Source of the DNA: Promethearchaeota archaeon
Lineage (GTDB): Archaea > Asgardarchaeota > Lokiarchaeia > Sigyniarchaeales > SOKP01
Reading direction: 5' to 3'
DNA length: 64,000 nucleotides
Assembly (NCBI GenBank): GCA_019058295.1
Contig: JAHPZI010000001.1
Location: 60,686-124,685, forward strand
In this document: piece by piece, positions 39,928 to 49,703 of the stretch
Layout of the letters: each line of letters opens with the position of its first letter
Position numbering within the stretch: the stretch's first letter is position 1
Program-made: the position numbers and the translations under genes
Notes under the pieces: generated by a model
Database searches by the model: none
What the model was told of the DNA's origin: nothing
What the model saw: only the letters and a program-made list of their open reading frames with translations

Positions 39928-42279
39928 TTAGCCTTCTCGGCACAATCTTTTCAGTAAGGTAGGATCAATTATCTCTTTTGGCTCCCAATTTTTACTTTTC
40001 AAATATTCCTGTATTTCAGATTTTAAATTGATTGGAATATCGGCTTCAACGCGAATGTATTTTTCTAAATCGTTTGGAAAGTCAACGCCTTTATATTTTC
40101 GTTCTAAGTCAATCCAATGAGATAATTTTATCATACGTCCTTTGGAATTATCTGCTGGCCTTAAACACATTTTAGCAACCAAACAAATAGCCTGTTCAAT
40201 AGATTCGGCGGTGGTTAAAAGATGTTCTGGACCAGGTCCAACTAAATGATCACCTGTGCCGTCTCGTGCATTCCATACTTTCCATGTGTCCTCATCATCT
40301 GATCTACCAATATACATACGTCTGTATTCAGCTGAATGGGGCCCACATACTGCTGGAATACCCATTCCATTACAACTACTTGCTATGCTTGCTGCTTTTT
40401 GCGACATTGCACCCCAGGCTACTCCACAAGCTCCAACTCGATTTAAGATATAATCCGCTATTTCTTCATAATTACCTCTTAAAGGACGTCGAGCAAATAT
40501 ATTTGCAACTTTAATTGCTGCACCATTTATATGTGGATTTGAAACACATGAACCCACATTAACTAAACCTCCTCGGTCGAAATCACCAGGATATCTATCA
40601 TATAATGTCTTGCCTTCTTCGTCTTTTACAAGACCTATATCCATAGCACCACAGCCAGAAACTACAACAATATAATTTCTTTTGCAGAATTCTTCAGCCA
40701 TCGTATATAATTCTTGGATTTCTTTTCCATAGTTGGCACAACCAATAATGGCTACAATACCAGGAATTTCTCCTAAGACGATCGGGGCACCTACATTTCG
40801 AATTTCAGTATCCTGAATGGGCCCTCGCCCTACTCTTAGGTCGAATTTTTCGTTTCTAATCTTTTCACGCCCTGCATACATAATTAGAGTAAGAGGTGAA
40901 ACATCTTTCATGCATTCGGCTTCACATCTACCACAATCTAAGCAGTGATCAAATGCGTCTGATAATATGGAAAAATCTCCGTCCTTTGCAGCATTTACAC
41001 CTGCAACTAGTGGAAGATCATTGGGACAATTTCTCTGGCAATTTCCGCAACCATTACATCTCATTGCCATATCTATACACCCTTGTTCGTCTGGAACTGC
41101 GCTTTTTGCTTTCCTAATTGGCTTTACCTTTATTGCCGTTTCTACTGCAACCTGCCCTGCTTTTATTGGATCTAAAATTAATACACCTTTAGCTTTTCCA
41201 CTAACTAAATCGTCTATAATTTGATCAACCGGGTCATCAGATCTATCTGGTAATCCATTCATATTTTTCTCATTTGTAGCGATAAATGGTGCATTTACTA
41301 GTTGCGCTTGTTCATAACATCTCAAGTTAACGCATTGCTCATCCACCATTACTACATCTGCTAAACCAGAACGAATGAAATGCATTTGACGGGCGAGAGA
41401 ACCAACAACTTTAGCTCCACTGTAATATCTTGTTAAATCTAAGGCAGTACAACAGATTGCCCCTACATCAACTTTGTTTTCTAATCCTTTTTCCCGCATA
41501 TAATCAACTAATTCAATTCCAGGTGCTACGTTATGGCCAACCATTAAAATTGTAGCCTTATTTTCCGTATCTAAAGTACCCATTCCCAATTCTACAATAG
41601 GTACATCAGGATCTCCTACAGGAAAACCATATGCAGCAATTTGAACGGCATCAGCTATTTCCATTCCAACAGCATCACATAATCCCGCTAAGAAACTTTT
41701 TGATTCATAATCTAAATAACTTGATTCTTGACCAGTATGACCCGCCGCAAGAAGATGAGTAATATTGAATTGAACCCATTTCATTGCTTCTTCCAAATCT
41801 TCTAAAGTTTCTGGTTTCATCCCTACAATCAATCGTGTACATGGCATTTCTACAGCAATATTGTTTCCAAAATTGATTGGGACATTACCAAATTTATGTT
41901 TTAGCCAGTGAATTAGATGATCTCCATGAGCGCTATGACAGGACGCACCAATACAACAAGCTATTTCTACAATTCGAGCTTGTTGGGTTTCCATATTTAT
42001 TCCGCATGCGCCGGTCCTACCCTTTGAAAGGTTGCATTTACCGAAGGTACAAAGGCAACACATATCACATATAGGCATATAGTATGGTTTATAGCGTTCC
42101 ATTAATTTGAAAAACCAAGTTCGCAATGTTGGAATATGGGGCATTGGAGTTGGACCCATTGGCTCCCATTCCGTCTCGTCTCCGAAGCTTACTTTTCCTG
42201 TCGTTAATTCGAAACCCTTAATACTTCCTAGTGGCCCAGAGTAAGAATCTATTTTTAATTTTGCGCCTTTTTTACTCAT
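39928..42279 (-). CDS. cdhA: CO dehydrogenase/acetyl-CoA synthase complex alpha subunit
   Basis: CDMCCLCTFGKC, GHNV, ICCTA, two extra 4Fe-4S motifs, GSCVSNPH, WGAMSQKA. Confidence 0.95.
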   Translation of the reverse strand: MSKKGAKLKIDSYSGPLGSIKGFELTTGKVSFGDETEWEPMGPTPMPHIPTLRTWFFKLMERYKPYYMPICDMCCLCTFGKCNLSKGRTGACGINMETQQARIVEIACCIGASCHSAHGDHLIHWLKHKFGNVPINFGNNIAVEMPCTRLIVGMKPETLEDLEEAMKWVQFNITHLLAAGHTGQESSYLDYESKSFLAGLCDAVGMEIADAVQIAAYGFPVGDPDVPIVELGMGTLDTENKATILMVGHNVAPGIELVDYMREKGLENKVDVGAICCTALDLTRYYSGAKVVGSLARQMHFIRSGLADVVMVDEQCVNLRCYEQAQLVNAPFIATNEKNMNGLPDRSDDPVDQIIDDLVSGKAKGVLILDPIKAGQVAVETAIKVKPIRKAKSAVPDEQGCIDMAMRCNGCGNCQRNCPNDLPLVAGVNAAKDGDFSILSDAFDHCLDCGRCEAECMKDVSPLTLIMYAGREKIRNEKFDLRVGRGPIQDTEIRNVGAPIVLGEIPGIVAIIGCANYGKEIQELYTMAEEFCKRNYIVVVSGCGAMDIGLVKDEEGKTLYDRYPGDFDRGGLVNVGSCVSNPHINGAAIKVANIFARRPLRGNYEEIADYILNRVGACGVAWGAMSQKAASIASSCNGMGIPAVCGPHSAEYRRMYIGRSDDEDTWKVWNARDGTGDHLVGPGPEHLLTTAESIEQAICLVAKMCLRPADNSKGRMIKLSHWIDLERKYKGVDFPNDLEKYIRVEADIPINLKSEIQEYLKSKNWEPKEIIDPTLLKRLCREG

Positions 42280-42557
42280 TTTTACATCATTTTTTTCAGA
42301 TTTTTTTTTAAGAAAGATAACAATAATTAATTTTATCTTCGTTTTTATTTTAAATTTTATAATCTATGGTATCTATAACTTGCTGGAATTTAATATTTAA
42401 TGCTTATATTCCAAAATTGAAATTACAAATTTGATTAGAGAAAAAAAGTGTGAAATTTCACTCAATGCGAAATTATATTTAGTCAAATTAAACACAAAAA
42501 GTAAAAAGAACCAATTAATTAGGAAAAAGAAATTGCGTAAGATTCGATTAAGCTAAC

Positions 42558-43163
42558 TTATACGTTATATTTTTCCATATAATTGGAAATTGGACCTGAT
42601 TTTATCTCTGTATCAATATCCTTTGCGTCAAACTCATCTATTAACAAGTCATATTTGAATATATCTGCTTCGTCGTCTTTTAAAAAACACTGAACTTCAT
42701 CACCATCAGCATCTATTCCTATTTGTTCTAAAACCCCATTAAAAATGCCTTGATAAAGAATACATATATTTTTTGCCATGATATTATCTTTTTCTTCTTT
42801 TGAGATGGGATTTTCTACAGAAATAAATATTTTATCTTTTAAAAAGGCAGATGTTAAAACACCATAACCTAAATGCTCGAATGCGTCTAAGACATTGACA
42901 ATTACTTCCTTTTTATTAGATAAAGTTTCTTCACTCCAATTTGCGTCACCATATAATTTTTCAATAAAGTATTTTGCCACCGTTTTTCCAACCCAAATAA
43001 CTATATCTTCTGAATTTGCTCCTGCAAACTCTGAAAATTCAATTAAATCAATTGGTCTTAACATTAATAACCTTAAATCTAAATCTCTAAAGAAAAGATG
43101 TCCACGACTTTCCTCGATTGTTATTTGCTCTTCTTTCTTAGATTTTTTAAATCTTTTAGACAT
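42558..43163 (-). CDS. V4R-domain protein
   Basis: LGYG.L, ICILYQGIFNG.L, EVQC pattern. Confidence 0.7.
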   Translation of the reverse strand: MSKRFKKSKKEEQITIEESRGHLFFRDLDLRLLMLRPIDLIEFSEFAGANSEDIVIWVGKTVAKYFIEKLYGDANWSEETLSNKKEVIVNVLDAFEHLGYGVLTSAFLKDKIFISVENPISKEEKDNIMAKNICILYQGIFNGVLEQIGIDADGDEVQCFLKDDEADIFKYDLLIDEFDAKDIDTEIKSGPISNYMEKYNV

Positions 43164-43265
43164 AATTACTCTCTTTTATACTATTTTATTCAATAATTAT
43201 TATTTATTTCTTTAAGAATTTAACTTTTTTTTAAAAAAATAATTTATAAAAATTTTATAAAAAGA

Positions 43266-44288
43266 TTAAATTAGGTCAAATATCATTTCAATTACATGAT
43301 TAATATTGAAATTAGTCTTAACTGATGTAAATAGTAACTTCCATTCTCTATTGTCGATTTTTTCGAATTCAAAATATTCAATAATTTCCTTGTTAAGTCT
43401 ACCAATTTGTTCTTTGTTATTTTGAACGGAGTGATCAAGTAAATCAATTTTATTAGCTAAAATCAATAATGGAATTCCAAAAATCTCGTATCTATTTATA
43501 ATTTTCCAAAATTCTCTTTTTGACTCTTCGAATCTTATTTGATTTGCTACATCAATCATAAATATTATAACATTAGATTCTTGAAGTCCTATTAACCATT
43601 TTTTTCTAAAAATGGTTTGACCGGGCATATCCCAAATAGCTAAAAGTCCCTTAGATTCATCTTGAATGTATTCTATATTAAACTTTCTCGTCGGAACAAA
43701 ATAGTTTTCATCATATTGCCCCGTTTTTATCCTTCTTAGTAAAGAGGTCTTTCCAACTTCATCCAAACCAAATAAAAAACATTTTGAAAACGAATCATGG
43801 TAATGAAATTGAATTTCAGGATGTCTTTCCACATATTCATCTCCATATCTACGAATATCAATAAAAACTGTAATTAAGAAATTTTCGATTTCAATTTCAT
43901 CTTTAAATGTACATATTTTTTCGATATTTAGCAATTCGTTTAATAGTTCTTCAAATATCTCTTTATAATCGTAGGGATTATCTTCTTTATCAAGATTTAA
44001 TCCAATAATGATCTTACCGTTAATACAAGTTGTATAAATATTAAAACCATCCATTATTTGAGGGACTGGAGTATCAATTAAATAAAGATAATTAGTGTTG
44101 TTGGACTTGCTAATTGATTTACGCGTTCTATATCTATGGATAAGATCGCCATGATCATGTCCATAAATTATTTTGCTGAGTTGATCTTTATCATCTATCG
44201 TAATAATGTCATTTGGATAACTGTAAATATTGAGTTGATCCAAATCTTGGAAATTTTTACCCTTAAGAAGAAAAATGTTAGATAACAA
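43266..44288 (-). CDS. Arf-like small GTPase with N-terminal longin/DENN-like domain
   Basis: GLDEVGKTS, PT, WDMPGQ, NKID, TSVK. Confidence 0.85.
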   Translation of the reverse strand: MLSNIFLLKGKNFQDLDQLNIYSYPNDIITIDDKDQLSKIIYGHDHGDLIHRYRTRKSISKSNNTNYLYLIDTPVPQIMDGFNIYTTCINGKIIIGLNLDKEDNPYDYKEIFEELLNELLNIEKICTFKDEIEIENFLITVFIDIRRYGDEYVERHPEIQFHYHDSFSKCFLFGLDEVGKTSLLRRIKTGQYDENYFVPTRKFNIEYIQDESKGLLAIWDMPGQTIFRKKWLIGLQESNVIIFMIDVANQIRFEESKREFWKIINRYEIFGIPLLILANKIDLLDHSVQNNKEQIGRLNKEIIEYFEFEKIDNREWKLLFTSVKTNFNINHVIEMIFDLI

Positions 44289-44434
44289 ATATTATTTCAA
44301 AAATAGTAATTTCTTTAAGTGTGTAAATAAAAAATGTTTAAAAAATGTTTTGAATAAGATTTCTTATAATATGTTAAATCTTAATTAAGAAAATCATCGT
44401 AGAATTCTTTCAATTTGAAGGTTTCGCTTTAATT

Positions 44435-45886
44435 TTAAGAGGAGGAATTTTCTTTTTTTTTTGATGCCCTATTTTTTGAAGATTCTGAGGATTCTGAAGG
44501 CTCTTTTTTATCAGCTATCTGTTCTTGTGTAGCTTTATCTTTGTCTGGTTTATCTTCTGGAAGGGAACTTGGTGTTGGAGATATTTTAGCCCCTACAGGA
44601 GTTTCGCAGATAGGACATTCCGCCCAACCTTTCCTAAGACTATACCCACATTTTACGCATTCTGTTAGATCTTTATCTTCTTCCCATTGAGGAATATCTA
44701 AACTTCCTCCTTTTCTTTTACGAGCTAATTCCTGTAAATCTTCCTCGGTCCAGACCTCCATACCCTGGGGTATCCCGCCGGTTCTTTTTTCGGCCATCAT
44801 TCTTAAATTTTCTTCAGTCCAATATTCCATTCCTGGAGGGGGTGCTCCACCCCTTTGTTGGGATGCTTGAGCAAGCTCTTCTGCAGTCCAGGCTTGCAAT
44901 TCTTGGCCTCCTGGGGTTCTTACAGTTCCTGTTGGCTGTGAAGGAGTTTGAGTTTGTATTTGACCCGCTTTTTGAGAAGATGGGACCCCACAACACGCAG
45001 CTGAGAACTTTATCAATGCTTCAAAACATTTTCCAAATCTATCTGAATCATTTCCCTCGTCTAAAACTAAAATTAATGAAGTATTATCGTTAATAAAAGG
45101 AATTGCTATCCCGCATACTGATACATTAGATATGCGATTAGATTCTAATCCACTGCGAATTTTCCCCATTGATGTTAATAAATCACTTTTATTCATTAAA
45201 AAATCACATATCGGATCGCCATGGCGTTGATACCCGGCATGATATTTTTCTAATTGGGTACTTGTCCTTATAGAATCCAATGCTTTAATTATCGCACTCA
45301 CGTAAGAATAGATTTGAGATTTTGGCTCTTTTTGAGAATCATCTAATTTATATCCTTCTAAATCAAGATCACCCATAAAAGGCGCGAATAATGGCTCAGC
45401 ATCCTTCATTTTACCGTAAATAATTATTTTAGAAATTAAACACTTGATTTCTCCATAATAAGCTATTGCATTATCAAGTAAATTAACTTTTTTTTTATCT
45501 ATTACTATGCGAGGCACGCTCCGAAAAATAACGTCCACCCAAGGCATTTCCTTTACAGGTATTATTGCTACACAAGTTTTTTCAATTAATTTACGTAACG
45601 CATTTGCATAATCCTTAAACATCTGTTTTAATTCCTTTTGAAAATCCTTGTATTGTTCTCCCTCTAATTCTTTTTCTGCTTTTTCTAAGAAGCTTTCAAA
45701 TTTTTCTTTATTTTTTTTGAGATTTCCACCTAATTTCTTAATTTCATCAATAATATTATCTTTAAAAATGAAAGTAGCGTCTTCAATCAAATTATTTTGA
45801 AATTCAGTAAGTTTTGAATCTAAATACTCAGAAACATCAATCTGAAGACTATTTATAAATTTTTCAAATAATTTTTGTTCTGCCAA
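44435..45886 (-). CDS. hypothetical protein with WTEE repeats and C-terminal zinc ribbon
   Basis: Three ~23-aa repeats containing WT.E.L; CVKC...CPIC. Confidence 0.7.
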   Translation of the reverse strand: MAEQKLFEKFINSLQIDVSEYLDSKLTEFQNNLIEDATFIFKDNIIDEIKKLGGNLKKNKEKFESFLEKAEKELEGEQYKDFQKELKQMFKDYANALRKLIEKTCVAIIPVKEMPWVDVIFRSVPRIVIDKKKVNLLDNAIAYYGEIKCLISKIIIYGKMKDAEPLFAPFMGDLDLEGYKLDDSQKEPKSQIYSYVSAIIKALDSIRTSTQLEKYHAGYQRHGDPICDFLMNKSDLLTSMGKIRSGLESNRISNVSVCGIAIPFINDNTSLILVLDEGNDSDRFGKCFEALIKFSAACCGVPSSQKAGQIQTQTPSQPTGTVRTPGGQELQAWTAEELAQASQQRGGAPPPGMEYWTEENLRMMAEKRTGGIPQGMEVWTEEDLQELARKRKGGSLDIPQWEEDKDLTECVKCGYSLRKGWAECPICETPVGAKISPTPSSLPEDKPDKDKATQEQIADKKEPSESSESSKNRASKKKENSSS

Positions 45887-46034
45887 TTATATTACCAATT
45901 TTAAATAGTTCATTTTTATTTCTACTTGTTCATAATTATATCAACGAGAAGTATATAAAAATTTAATTAAAATTGATGAGTAATAATGTTTTGATAAGTA
46001 GTGGTTGATTTAAATAAACGATTTTTTGATTCAT

Positions 46035-46133
46035 TTAGGGATTCCATCTAACAAACTTTTCTAAAAGTAGTGTTCAATCGTATTTAAATATCATAAAAAA
46101 GATGTTCAACGATATATTAGAGAGGATCCCTAA
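46035..46133. repeat. imperfect 17-bp inverted repeat pair enclosing ~65 bp
   Basis: ttagggattccatctaa (46035-46051) vs ttagagaggatccctaa (46117-46133), 14/17 complementary. Confidence 0.6.
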
Positions 46134-46374
46134 TATTTTTAATAAATTATTGAGAATAATAAAAATAATTAAAAAAAAATTTAAAAATTGAAATTCGCTT
46201 TAAATTTAAGGAGAAGAGAATCTTTTAAAAAAAATTAATCCAATAATATAAAACATTAATAAGAGAAAACATTTATAGGAGAAAAATAAAAATTCATATA
46301 TTAACCACAAAAAAAAAACATTTAAATATCAAATTATAATAAATTATATTATAATAAAATTTATCAAGAAGGCG

Positions 46375-46457
46375 GTTGTAAGAACCCTTTTTGCAACAAA
46401 TAATGCTTTTTAGTCTATTTTCATATCAGTTTCAATTAGGCAGGTGTAAATGGACTA
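46375..46457 (+). promoter_or_regulatory. putative structured 5' leader (two 10-bp stems)
   Basis: 46375-84/46388-97 and 46411-20/46448-57 pair fully, with G-U wobbles on the + strand. Confidence 0.4.
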
Positions 46458-46496
46458 TTTTCATTGGTTGTAGCAATAAAAAAATGGTGTTATAGA

Positions 46497-46784
46497 ATGA
46501 AAATTGTAACTGTAAACGTTCCAGAATCTTATATAGACGCAATCGAAAAATTAGTTGGAGAAAATGGTCTCTACCCATCTAGGTCAGAATTAATAAGATG
46601 TGCCGTGCGCGAATTCCTGTTAAAAGAGTTAAGAATGGCAAAAAACATAACCAAATATGATGAGACTGAAATTGACGATTTTGACAGCGAACATTTCGTA
46701 AGGGTTCCAATAGAAAGTAAAGATAAAGAGGAACCCGTGCGTTCATTTAAAACCTATAAAATTCTCAGAAGGCTTGAAATTTAA
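46497..46784 (+). CDS. CopG/Arc/MetJ ribbon-helix-helix regulator
   Basis: MKIVTVNVPE.Y...IEKLV...G.YPSRSELIR.AVREFL; ATG 46497 behind TGGTG. Confidence 0.88.
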   Translation: MKIVTVNVPESYIDAIEKLVGENGLYPSRSELIRCAVREFLLKELRMAKNITKYDETEIDDFDSEHFVRVPIESKDKEEPVRSFKTYKILRRLEI

Positions 46785-46836
46785 AATTCTCAAAATTAAG
46801 GATTTGCATAAAAATATATAGGGAATGGCATCTATT

Positions 46837-46870
46837 AGGGAATTATTTTCCTTCTTTTTTTATTTTTTTT
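46837..46870 (+). terminator. putative T-tract terminator
   Basis: Short hairpin followed by long oligo-T downstream of the RHH gene. Confidence 0.4.
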
Positions 46871-47125
46871 GAAACTGACCCCTCAAATCTTTTGTTCAAA
46901 AAAAATTTTTTTTTTTACTTCAATATAAAATTTTTTCATTTTTTTGTTTGTACTATTGTTGTTTTTTCATAAAATTTGAGTTAAGTTAAAAGAGATTAGA
47001 AGCTAAAATTTATTAAATACAATTGCTAAATTAATTCTGATAATAAAATAAAAACAGAACAAATCTTATAGATTTAATTTATAAAAAGATATAATTACAG
47101 ATGTCCATATAAGGAGGTTTTTTTT

Positions 47126-48394
47126 ATTTCGGCTAAAAACGAAAAATCCACTAAAGGAAGGTATACTCCTAAGTTTATGGAATGGGGAATTATTACTAAA
47201 GAAAATTTCAAGTCAGCTTACGATGTTCCGATAAAAAGATGGGATCCTTTATCTACAGTTTCTATTAGTACAGCAGATTTTGGCCTTCGAAAGGAGCGTG
47301 TTAGATACTATGGCCATTATTCTTATTTATCTCCTATCAGGGGTGAAAGACCAAAGGCTTATAATAGTGGAGAAAAGAGCGATGAGTTTCAAGATTGCAC
47401 AGACTATCCAATTGATGAAGTTAAAGACATATTTATGAGTATTACTGAGGGAAAAAAAGTGTATTATGGTGATGGAACCCAGATTGGAGATGGATTTACG
47501 ATTATTGTAACTGAGGATGAGAAAAAAAAGGATTCTCCTTTTTTAAATACACCTCATAAGATTGAAAGGATTCCTGATTCTTGTAAAGCAATTACATTGA
47601 TAAATCGATATCCTTCAATGGCTCGCATTGTAGATGATGAGATTAAAACTTCAATGGAAAAGATTTTACCCCACCATTTAAAACTTGCACAGGGAATAAA
47701 TTTGCTTACCATCTCAAGACATTTTTATCCTTCGTTATGTTTTAAGTTAATTCCGGAAAATGTTTTGTTGGGCATTTTACTCTCAATGAAAGCCGCAATA
47801 CTTTATTCTGTTGAAGAGGCTATAGAAAGAGATTATTATGATATTCTTGTTTCACCTTTTTTCAATATAGGGATAAAAGCAGGGGGTTCACAACCCAGAA
47901 TCCATAGTCAAGTTTATATAGATTTGAATATGGATGGTCATGGGTCACGATTAGAGGGACATCTTAGAGCATTTAAAGAAATGGGTGATAATTGTCATCT
48001 ATGTGAAACTACTCATGGAGATAGCGATCGAATTATTTTAAAAACAAAATATTGGACGTTTTATACTACGGGGAGTCCCGTAAGAAATTATCACATCAGA
48101 TTTCATCCAAAAGAACATATTAGAAGATATACCCAATTAAATGTTAACCAATTACTTGATTTGGCAAAATCTTTAAAGATCATATTTGTAGCGTTAGACG
48201 ATATTGAAATTGATAAAAATCGAAATATTCTATTCAATTGTTGTCCTTATGGATACGACGCAAATTTTCACTTATTTGGCGATATTATCCCGCACGAGAT
48301 AATTGGTGGTGCTGAGATGGCAGATGATATGCGTGTTGCAAGAAAATTACCTAATGAAGCGGCAGATGAAATAAGGAGAGCAATTTCTGGATGA
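47126..48394 (+). CDS. GalT-like (HIT superfamily) nucleotidyltransferase
   Basis: RWDPL, NRYP, GGSQPRIHSQ, CHLC, GAEM; frame extends to ATT 47126 behind AAGGAGG. Confidence 0.7.
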   Translation: MSAKNEKSTKGRYTPKFMEWGIITKENFKSAYDVPIKRWDPLSTVSISTADFGLRKERVRYYGHYSYLSPIRGERPKAYNSGEKSDEFQDCTDYPIDEVKDIFMSITEGKKVYYGDGTQIGDGFTIIVTEDEKKKDSPFLNTPHKIERIPDSCKAITLINRYPSMARIVDDEIKTSMEKILPHHLKLAQGINLLTISRHFYPSLCFKLIPENVLLGILLSMKAAILYSVEEAIERDYYDILVSPFFNIGIKAGGSQPRIHSQVYIDLNMDGHGSRLEGHLRAFKEMGDNCHLCETTHGDSDRIILKTKYWTFYTTGSPVRNYHIRFHPKEHIRRYTQLNVNQLLDLAKSLKIIFVALDDIEIDKNRNILFNCCPYGYDANFHLFGDIIPHEIIGGAEMADDMRVARKLPNEAADEIRRAISG

Positions 48395-48508
48395 GGAATT
48401 TATGAAAGAATAATATTAAAAAGTAATAGATTAAAAAGTAATAGAGACTTAAATAAAATCCTTAGTTTTAAATCTATAAATTTTCTTATTATTAATATAG
48501 AATAGAGG

Positions 48509-49672
48509 ATGGTTTCAACGATGACAAGAGAATGGTCTGGGATAATCCTTGCGGGTGGTAAAGGTAAGCGTTTAATGCCTTTAACATCGGAAATTCCAAA
48601 ACCATTAGTGAAAGTCACTAATAAACCAATGATTGATTATTCTATAGCACACTTGATATATGCAGATATTAAGCATATCATTCTCGCATTAGCATATATG
48701 GGCGAAGATATTAAAAAGCATATAAAAAATACATGGACTCCCGATAAACTCGGTGATGTAGAATTAGAATGTGAAATTCATGATAGCAAAGGTACTGCTG
48801 ACGCCTATAGATTACTCACAGATAATCTTGACTCAGAAAATGTTGTTGTCAGTATGGCAGATATAGTTACTTCTCTTCCAATGAAAGATTTTATGGGCTT
48901 TCATAAAGAAAAGGACGGTATGGCCACTATTTCAATGAAGATGGTTGAAAGCCATACTTCTCAATATGGGGTTGTTTTATTAGATAAAAATAGAAAAATT
49001 TATTTATTTTTAGAAAAACCAATGCCTATGGAACTATATTTAAGCAGTATGGCACAAAGAACTGATTTGTTCCTACATACGAATATAATCAACACAGGAA
49101 TTTACTGTTTTAAAAAAGACATTGGAGAAATTCTTCATGAAACAGGATTAATGGATTTTGGCGGTGAAGTATTTCCATATCTTCTTGAAAGTAAATATGA
49201 ATTGTATGGTTTTGTCAGAGATTATTACTGGATGGATGCTGGTAATTATCAAACCTATATGTGGGCGAATTGGGATTTATTGAGGAGATATGCATGGCCA
49301 ATTTCACCAAATGGAGAGGAATACGATGGAGTTTATGTCATGGGAACAATTAATTCGGGTAAAGATATAACTATTGAGAAACCAACTTGTTTTGGAGAAT
49401 ATGTTAAAATTGACGATAATGTGAAAATACGCGAATTAACTACGATTGGAAACAAGGTAACTATTGGAGAGGACGCTATAATAGAAAAAAGTGTTATATG
49501 GGATGACGTGAAAATAGGGGCTGGATGTTATATTAACGAATCAATAATCTGTAACGACTGTACAATAGGGAATAATGTTGTTTTAGAAAGAGTAATTGTA
49601 CCTCCCTATTGTAAAATTTCAAGTAATAACCAATTGAGAGATATAACCCTAGAAGTAGGAAAAAATATATAA
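48509..49672 (+). CDS. sugar-1-phosphate nucleotidyltransferase with left-handed beta-helix
   Basis: ILAGGKGKRLMPLT...PKPL, EKP, NTGIY, DFG..VFP, YWMDAG, hexapeptide repeats. Confidence 0.88.
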   Translation: MVSTMTREWSGIILAGGKGKRLMPLTSEIPKPLVKVTNKPMIDYSIAHLIYADIKHIILALAYMGEDIKKHIKNTWTPDKLGDVELECEIHDSKGTADAYRLLTDNLDSENVVVSMADIVTSLPMKDFMGFHKEKDGMATISMKMVESHTSQYGVVLLDKNRKIYLFLEKPMPMELYLSSMAQRTDLFLHTNIINTGIYCFKKDIGEILHETGLMDFGGEVFPYLLESKYELYGFVRDYYWMDAGNYQTYMWANWDLLRRYAWPISPNGEEYDGVYVMGTINSGKDITIEKPTCFGEYVKIDDNVKIRELTTIGNKVTIGEDAIIEKSVIWDDVKIGAGCYINESIICNDCTIGNNVVLERVIVPPYCKISSNNQLRDITLEVGKNI

Positions 49673-49703
49673 TCTGATTTTTTCCGAACTACCCTTAAAA
49701 AAG

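Noticed and set aside
49020-49085. Extra loop after EKP in the nucleotidyltransferase with weak pairing
   Set aside because: No continuous hairpin or consensus match.
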